In this document: in pieces, positions 58,129 through 64,000 of the stretch
Position numbering within the stretch: position 1 is the first letter of the stretch
Layout: every line of letters begins with the position of its first letter
Assembly (NCBI GenBank): GCA_963819125.1
Contig: CAWFUQ010000009.1
Location: forward strand, 13,813 to 77,812
Direction of reading: 5' to 3'
Length of the DNA: 64,000 nt
Origin: Terriglobia bacterium
Lineage (GTDB): Bacteria; Acidobacteriota; Terriglobia; Bryobacterales; Bryobacteraceae
Notes under the pieces: model-generated
Database searches by the model: none
What the model was told of the DNA's origin: nothing
Seen by the model: the letters and a program-made list of their open reading frames with translations, nothing else
Translations under genes and position numbers: made by a program

Positions 58129-60399
58129 GTGGTCGTGGGGACCCAGGCGGCTAAGCTTTATCGCTGCGGCGATGTTGAGATCATTCCCGCTCGAGGTGTT
58201 TTGCAGGTGCGGGGTGTGGAATTGCATCTCCGCGCGAAATCCCTCGAGATGCTTGAATACCTCATCGCCAATCGCAATCGATTGGTGGCCAAGAGTGAGC
58301 TCCTAGCCGAATTGTGGAAGGACACCAATGTAAATGAGAATGCTCCCGCACAGTGCGTGATCGAGCTGCGCAAGGCGCTCGGCGACAATTCCCGCAATCC
58401 GCGCTTTATCAAAACCGTCTCCAAGCTCGGCTATCAGTTCATTGGGCCGGTGGAAGAAACTATGGAGCCGGACGCGACGGCGATCGAGTTCCGTGAAGTT
58501 GTCACCACCAACATCGAGATCGAGGAAGGCGTGCCCCGCCACTGGTTCGTTGCCGGCGGGATCGCCGTTGCGCTCGCGGGTTTGATCTTCTTATGGCGCG
58601 CCGGCGAAGCGCGGCCCGAGACTGCCTTGCGACCCATTGACGGACAGCGCCCGGTGGTGGTGATGTATTTCGAGAATCAATCCAAATCGCCGGAGCTCGA
58701 CTGGCTGCGTGAAGGATTGGCCGACATGCTGATCAGCAATTTGTCGCGGGTACCGAAGTTGAGTGTGCTCAGCCGGCAGCAGCTCGCGCTGTCGCTTTCG
58801 CGGTCGCGTCAGGCGGGGCCTCCGGATCTCGGCGAAGCCCTGGAGATCGGCCGCGATGCCCGCGCGGATCGAGTCATTCTGGGCGGTTTCGCAAAGATTG
58901 GCTCTCAGGTGCGCGTCTTATCGCAAATTGTCAACGTAGCCAGCGGCCAGACAATCGCATCGGAGAGCGTCACCGCTGCAGGGCCAGACCAGATCCTGCC
59001 GCAGATCGATTCGCTGGCGATGGAACTCGCTGCGGACCTCGGCGCGCCCGTCGGCGGACGTGCCCGCACCACCGGACTGGCCTCCCTGATGACCAATAAT
59101 CTCGAGGCCTATCGCGATTATTCGACCGGCCTGAAACTAGCGGAGGCGCTTCGCTACGACGAAGCGATCGAATGGTTCAAGAAGGCCATCGCACTCGACC
59201 CGAATTTTGCAATGGCTCAGGCGCGCATCGGCTATACCTTGGCGTTCGCAAGCCAAAAACTGGCGGAAGCGCGCCCATATCTGGAAAAGGCGTTCGCGCG
59301 ATCCAACAACCTGACCACCGCCGATCGGCTGCACATCGCCGCCTGGTACGCCGTTGCGATGAGTGATTGTCCCGAAGCCATTCGCCGTTACCGGGAATTG
59401 ATGGCCGCCGATCCAAGCGACACCGAGACCTATAGCCGGCTCGGCCGCCTGCTGCGCGGCGAAGAGCAGCGCGAAGAAGCTATCGAAGTCCTGAAACAGG
59501 GGCTCACCTGGGACCCGAACGCTGTCAGCATCCTTAATGTCCTCGGCGCCATCTACTCCCAACTCGGCAGGCACGACGAGGCGATCGCGACCGAGAAGAA
59601 ATATGTGATGCTCGCCTCTTACGACCCCAACGCGCACGACAGCCTGGGCCTCGCCTATCATTGGGCTGGCCGCGACGCCGAAGCCGAACGGGAGTACCAG
59701 CGGGCAATTGAGATCAAACCAGACTTCGAAATTGCACTTCGCCACCTGGGCGTGCTGTACTTTCACACCGGCCGTTATCGCGCCGCGCTCCGCCAGTTGG
59801 GCCGGGCCTTCGAGACCGGCGTCGATGAATGGAATGCGCGGTATTTTCGGGGAACTATCCTGACTCAGATTGGCGACTGGGACCGTGCGCGGTTGGATAA
59901 CGGACCGCAATGGGATCAGGTTACGCACGCGTTGATGTGGCTGCATGAAGGCGATCTCGCTCGCGCCTCCGCCGTGGCGGCCGGGTTGTCCGAATCTGCC
60001 GGGATCAGCCGTGGAGAACGCGAAGCCAACCGCAGAGCGGGAGGATACATAAAAGGACAGATCGCGCTGCGCGAGAACCATCCCGATGAAGCGATTGCCG
60101 ACTTCAAAGAAGCCCTGCATCACTGGCCTCACTGGTCTGATCCCTTGTGGTTCGAAGATTGCCTTGCGGACGCCTATCTCCAGCTCGGCCGGCTGGATGA
60201 GGCCATTCTGGAGTATCAGCGGGCTTTGCGCCTCTATCCTGGGATGGGGCTGCCGCGATTTCACTTAGCCGAAGCCTATCGAAGGAAGGGGGACCGCGCT
60301 CGCGCGTCCGCCGAATACCGTAACTTCCTCGAGCTATGGAGCGGTGCCGATTCCGGAATCCCCGAAGTGGTCGCCGCGCGGGCGCAATTGGCGAATTGA
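58129..60399 (+). CDS. CadC/OmpR-type winged-helix regulator with TM, TolB-like and TPR regions (paralog of 30639..32543)
   Basis: YRCGDVEIIPARGVLQVRGVELHLRAKSLEMLEYLIANRNRLVAKSELLAELW...KTVSKLGYQFIGPV, then TM FVAGGIAVALAGLIFLW, then TPR repeats. Confidence 0.8.
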   Translation: MVVGTQAAKLYRCGDVEIIPARGVLQVRGVELHLRAKSLEMLEYLIANRNRLVAKSELLAELWKDTNVNENAPAQCVIELRKALGDNSRNPRFIKTVSKLGYQFIGPVEETMEPDATAIEFREVVTTNIEIEEGVPRHWFVAGGIAVALAGLIFLWRAGEARPETALRPIDGQRPVVVMYFENQSKSPELDWLREGLADMLISNLSRVPKLSVLSRQQLALSLSRSRQAGPPDLGEALEIGRDARADRVILGGFAKIGSQVRVLSQIVNVASGQTIASESVTAAGPDQILPQIDSLAMELAADLGAPVGGRARTTGLASLMTNNLEAYRDYSTGLKLAEALRYDEAIEWFKKAIALDPNFAMAQARIGYTLAFASQKLAEARPYLEKAFARSNNLTTADRLHIAAWYAVAMSDCPEAIRRYRELMAADPSDTETYSRLGRLLRGEEQREEAIEVLKQGLTWDPNAVSILNVLGAIYSQLGRHDEAIATEKKYVMLASYDPNAHDSLGLAYHWAGRDAEAEREYQRAIEIKPDFEIALRHLGVLYFHTGRYRAALRQLGRAFETGVDEWNARYFRGTILTQIGDWDRARLDNGPQWDQVTHALMWLHEGDLARASAVAAGLSESAGISRGEREANRRAGGYIKGQIALRENHPDEAIADFKEALHHWPHWSDPLWFEDCLADAYLQLGRLDEAILEYQRALRLYPGMGLPRFHLAEAYRRKGDRARASAEYRNFLELWSGADSGIPEVVAARAQLAN

Positions 60400-60513
60400 A
60401 GAAAAACTGAAGCGTTTTTTGAAGACTTCGCGCCCGCTCGCCGCCACAATGTGTGGGTGAAGCGCACCCGTATCACCCAAACCACATCCCGAACTGTGCG
60501 GATCGTTGTTCCG

Positions 60514-63500
60514 ATGACCGGCGGCGGCCCGCGTTCTATCCTCGGGCTTCTCCTTGCTTTCGCCCGGTGGATCTTTGGCATTCGCGGGATGCCGGTGCTG
60601 ATCCCGTTTGCCGCGTTGACACTGCTCGATCCTACTGTTCACGCGCAGAGTCAGACCTATAATCTCCAAACTAGTATCGCCAACCTCCAGGTCGGGGGGG
60701 CCGCGGGGTATACCGATTGCAGTCCCACCTTGAGCCCGACGAACCCGGCCTTCGATTCTACCGGACAGCTCGCTTTCACCTTCAAGAATAACTGCCCGAA
60801 GGAGACGCTTCAAACCAGTGGAACAGTGACGGTGAAAGTTCCCACATCGTTCACCGGAACCATCAGCGGATCGCAAATTGTTGTTTCCGGCTCACCATTG
60901 ATGTCCGGAATGGAGTCAGTGACCTTTACCCCCTCCCAAACTTCCGACTTCGTCGAATTGGGAATCGCCGCGTGTGGTGCAAACGGGAGTGTCAGCAACG
61001 GCAGCTCAACCGCGACTGCAACGATGCTGCCCTGCGCCCTTCCATCCAGGCTGAGCATCGGATCCAACGGCGGGACCTCTCTGTCCCTCAGCATCCTTAA
61101 TATCGATCTGACGATCACCGCGACCCTGGTCTACACCCCCGCCAACCCGGGCACGACCTACAGCCTCCAATCTGCTCCCTCCAGTTTCGTACCGGCTAAG
61201 GTGTCCGGCTGTACCCTTACGCTTCCGTCGAGTCCGGCCTTCGATGCGACAGGACAGATCGCGATCAACTTCACCAACAACTGCGGGACGTATCAAGAGA
61301 CCGGAACACTAACGCTCAAATTTCCGTTGTCGATCACCGGAACCCTAGACTCCCTCGGAACCGGAATTACCGGTATTACCGGCTCGCAGATGATCACCGC
61401 AACGCTCACAGAGACGGCTACTACTGCAGCTGGCGGAGCTAACGCAGGCTTCCAGAATTTGACCATAAAATGGGAAGCGGCCAACCAGACGTCTGGTCAA
61501 TGTTTTACTGCAACCACCGCAATTGGCAACGGCGGCTTAACCGCGACTGCAACGTTGCCGACCTGCCTTGTTCCATCGACGTTGCTGATAACTAACGGCG
61601 GGTTGCAATTTGGATTCTTTGTGGTCCAGCCGGATATGTCCTTCTCCGCGGGCGCGAATTACTACCCCGGCACCACGCCCCCGCCGACGCCCCACATCGG
61701 GGTGAGTCCGGCCTTACTTTCTTTCGGCAACGTGCTGGTGGGCGACATTCCAACTCAGACGCTCACCGTGTCGAATACGGGGTCGGCCGCGTTAACCGTC
61801 AGCGGGATCGCAAGCTCGGATTCGGCGTACAGCGTCACAGCCCCCTCGATTCCGTTTACTGTGGCAGCGAACGGCTCGTCGAAGGTTACAGTGCAGTACG
61901 CGCCGGTCGCGGTCGCGACGGATAACGCCACGTTAACAATTACGAGCAACGACTCTTCCTCGCCCAACACGAGTGTCGCGCTGAGCGGAGCGGGCGTGTG
62001 CAGCCTGGGCGGGACAGGGCCCACCGTGGGCGGCTCGATGGCAGCCCCCGCGCCAGCGACGTGCATGCCGCCTTCGATCTCGATCCAAACCGCGGTGCCG
62101 CGTAATGGCAATCCCCTCCTTGCCGTCGCGACCATGCTTCCGCCGTTCTGCGCTTTCGGCACCTACACGTCGGGCCCAAATCCCGTACTCGTGGATCTGG
62201 TCCTGTCGGACAGCATGGGAAATGTGATCACTTCGAATATCGCGCAAAGCCCCACGTTTCCCGCGGGACAGGGCCAGAGCTGGGGCGGCGGGTGCGCCAA
62301 CGCGTCCCAGCTTGTCTTCCTGAAAGAGGCCGCCATGCCTCCGCTGAACGTTCCGTCGGGTGCAAAATACAACACCGTCATTACGACCTTCAAGCTGCAA
62401 GCGGTGATGACGGATGCAGTGACGTTGAAAACACTTGTCATCAGCGATCCGGTTTTGTACCCGGTCGAGCTTGGGGCGGATGTGACCAGTTCGGAGTTGG
62501 ATGTGACTCGCGTCCTGTTGGATAACACTGCGGATACCATTCTCGACCCCACCAAAAACGTATTCCGCAAGACGACGGAGGGATTGGCGGACTCGATAGT
62601 TGGGGATTTCACCGGCAACTATCTCACTCTGAAGATCAATTACGACTTTGCGGGTAGCTCGGCTCAATTCAACGCACTGATCCAGCAGGAAGACGCTAAC
62701 GGCAAGGTAGTGGATTCGTTCACGTCGTTTCCCGAAGGCATCCCCGGCGCTCAACCGTTGGGCCTCATTATTCCGGGGGGAGCATCGCTAACGGCGCAAC
62801 GCAGATTTCCTTTGTACCGTACCTCACGCTTCCGAGCGGGCAGGCCATCGCATTTCCGAATTCCAAGCTGACCTTCGGGGTGGAGAGTGTGTCCATTACC
62901 AAAGCTAACCCCGACCCTTCAGACTGCCGGAAAGCGATTCAGAGCGGGAACTTCAACAATTTGTCGGTGTGTCCGATCCTGGGCCAAGGAACGCAGACTA
63001 CGCCGAACACTATCCTCATCGACGGAATGGCGGTGTCATCCAACCCGGCCGAGGCTTTGTATCGCATCGTATTTATTGACAGGCCCAAGGGTTCGCCGGT
63101 TCCTGTTGTATCTATCGTGAAAAACGTCACACTCACGCCAGGAACGCCCGTACCGTTCGAGGACTCCGTGACCGTCGAGTTGCCGGCGGATGCGACCCAG
63201 GTTATCGTCGCCTATGTCCTTGCGACGTCGCAAAGCAGCGCTACGAATCTGATGCAGGCATATGATCAAAAAACGTATCAAGATTTTATCTCGCCCACTG
63301 CTTTGCAGCTGGCGACCGCTGCCATCAATGTAACCTTCACCGCCGCGCAGGCACAACTGAAACTGCTGGGAATCAAAGCTCCGGCGAAGGTGAACAGCTT
63401 GCTTGGCGACCTGAATCTCGCCAATGCAGGTGTCCAAAGTGCCGTGGGTTCCAAGAACGGGGCCAGTGTCCGTGGGCCCGGTTTGCCCTCCAAGTTGAAG

Positions 63501-64000
63501 AGGAACGATCAGGCACACGCGTCCGCGGCAAATCAGATCCTCACCGGAATCTCGACGACCTGGATCTTCGATACGGCGATTCCGCACGACGGGACTTTTT
63601 CGGCTTCACTCTCGCTGGATTATTCCGCGACACAGTTCCCCGACGATCCCAATTTTTCTGAAGCGACGATGCAGATGGTCTCGCTCGACCCATCCGGGAC
63701 GTTTCATTTTTATCCGACCACCGTGGACACGACGAACAAAGTTGCCACGGCGACGATCGACGGCCTGGATAATTATTATTCATTGGTCAATGTCGGAGCG
63801 AATGGGCAGACCGCGGTGATGCTCGCTTCGGCGCCAACCGGTTACACGCTGGTGAATGCGGGCACGGCCACTTCGAATGTGACCGTAACGCAGTATGCCG
63901 ACAATGGCACCGGAACTCCCACCACGGTGAGCCTCACATCGGGAGCGCAGCGGGCGACCACGCCCGGCTGGCTGCAAGCCTGGGCCGGTTCGCCAAGCGT
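60514..64000 (+). CDS. large repeat-rich secreted protein (more than 1100 aa, runs off window), frame broken at a G6 run
   Basis: The start is uncertain (60451, 60514 or 60589) and a signal-like PVLIPFAALTLLDPTVHAQ is present. A choice-of-anchor-D-like unit reads LSFGNVLVGDIPTQTLTVSNTGSAALTVSGI...TITSNDSSSPNTSVALSGAG. After GGGGGG at 62775..62780 a shifted frame stays open for about 400 codons to position 64000. Confidence 0.7.
60659..61665 (+). repeat. two tandem ~167-aa modules (500-nt period) in the large secreted protein
   Basis: YNLQTSIANL...NPAFDSTGQLAFTFKNNCPKETLQTSGTVTVKVPTSFTGT...ATATMLPCALPS aligns with YSLQSAPSSF...SPAFDATGQIAINFTNNCGTYQETGTLTLKFPLSITGT...ATATLPTCLVPS. Confidence 0.55.

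Noticed and set aside
59137-60264. 375-aa minus-strand ORF.
   Set aside because: It is antisense to the CadC-like/TPR regulator, so it is a shadow ORF.
1-64000. Search for CRISPR arrays, rRNA and tRNA genes.
   Set aside because: I saw no regularly spaced direct repeats with unique spacers, no rRNA-like conserved stretches and no cloverleaf-compatible segments by eye. A proper scan (tRNAscan-SE, Infernal, a CRISPR finder) would still be needed.

Overview
This is a 64-kb high-GC bacterial chromosomal segment. The gene content looks Acidobacteriota-like (CHAT-TPR protease, PEP-CTERM protein, CadC-like/TPR regulators, Ser/Thr kinase-TPR, Kelch and NHL propellers, ECF-type sigma factors), but that is only an inference from gene content. 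I saw no rRNA, tRNA or CRISPR array. Layout: (a) 1-11.7 kb holds small operons (BON lipoprotein, XRE-cupin regulator, fasciclin, an SDR-DUF2867/SRPBCC/pyrimidine-dimer-glycosylase operon, an orphan Hsp70) plus an IS3 relic. (b) 11.7-14.8 kb holds gene fragments and a complete IS21 element (istA/istB, multi-repeat inverted ends). (c) 15-25 kb runs CHAT-TPR protease -> sigma -> anti-sigma -> ~1370-aa Kelch/B-repeat surface protein -> PEP-CTERM protein. (d) 26-32.5 kb holds a kinase, a LamG protein and a CadC-like regulator. (e) 32.9-54.9 kb is a putative genomic island bracketed by tyrosine-recombinase fragments. (f) 55-64 kb holds a secreted protein, an NHL propeller, a second CadC-like/TPR regulator and a repeat-rich secreted protein of more than 1100 aa that runs off the window. 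The island carries a 17-kb, 15-gene, single-strand array (minus strand, 52328 down to 35178). In order it encodes a GYF-membrane protein, a papain-like Cys peptidase, a small ORF, three tandem dynamin-like proteins (the first lacks a P-loop), a degenerate Hsp70/actin-fold protein and a ~1175-aa HerA/FtsK-like ATPase. Next comes an ECF-type sigma factor whose ATG overlaps the ATPase stop (ATGA), then a Cys->Ser paralog of the peptidase, then five paralogous zinc-ribbon membrane proteins. The block from the peptidase to the pseudo-peptidase (38850-52328) is my best candidate for an undescribed conflict/defence or envelope-surveillance system. Caveat: roughly ten single-base frame disruptions, several at short homopolymers, are visible by eye in the window and are concentrated in that block. 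This copy is therefore either decaying or the assembly carries indel errors. All domain calls are motif recognition by eye; no database search was run.
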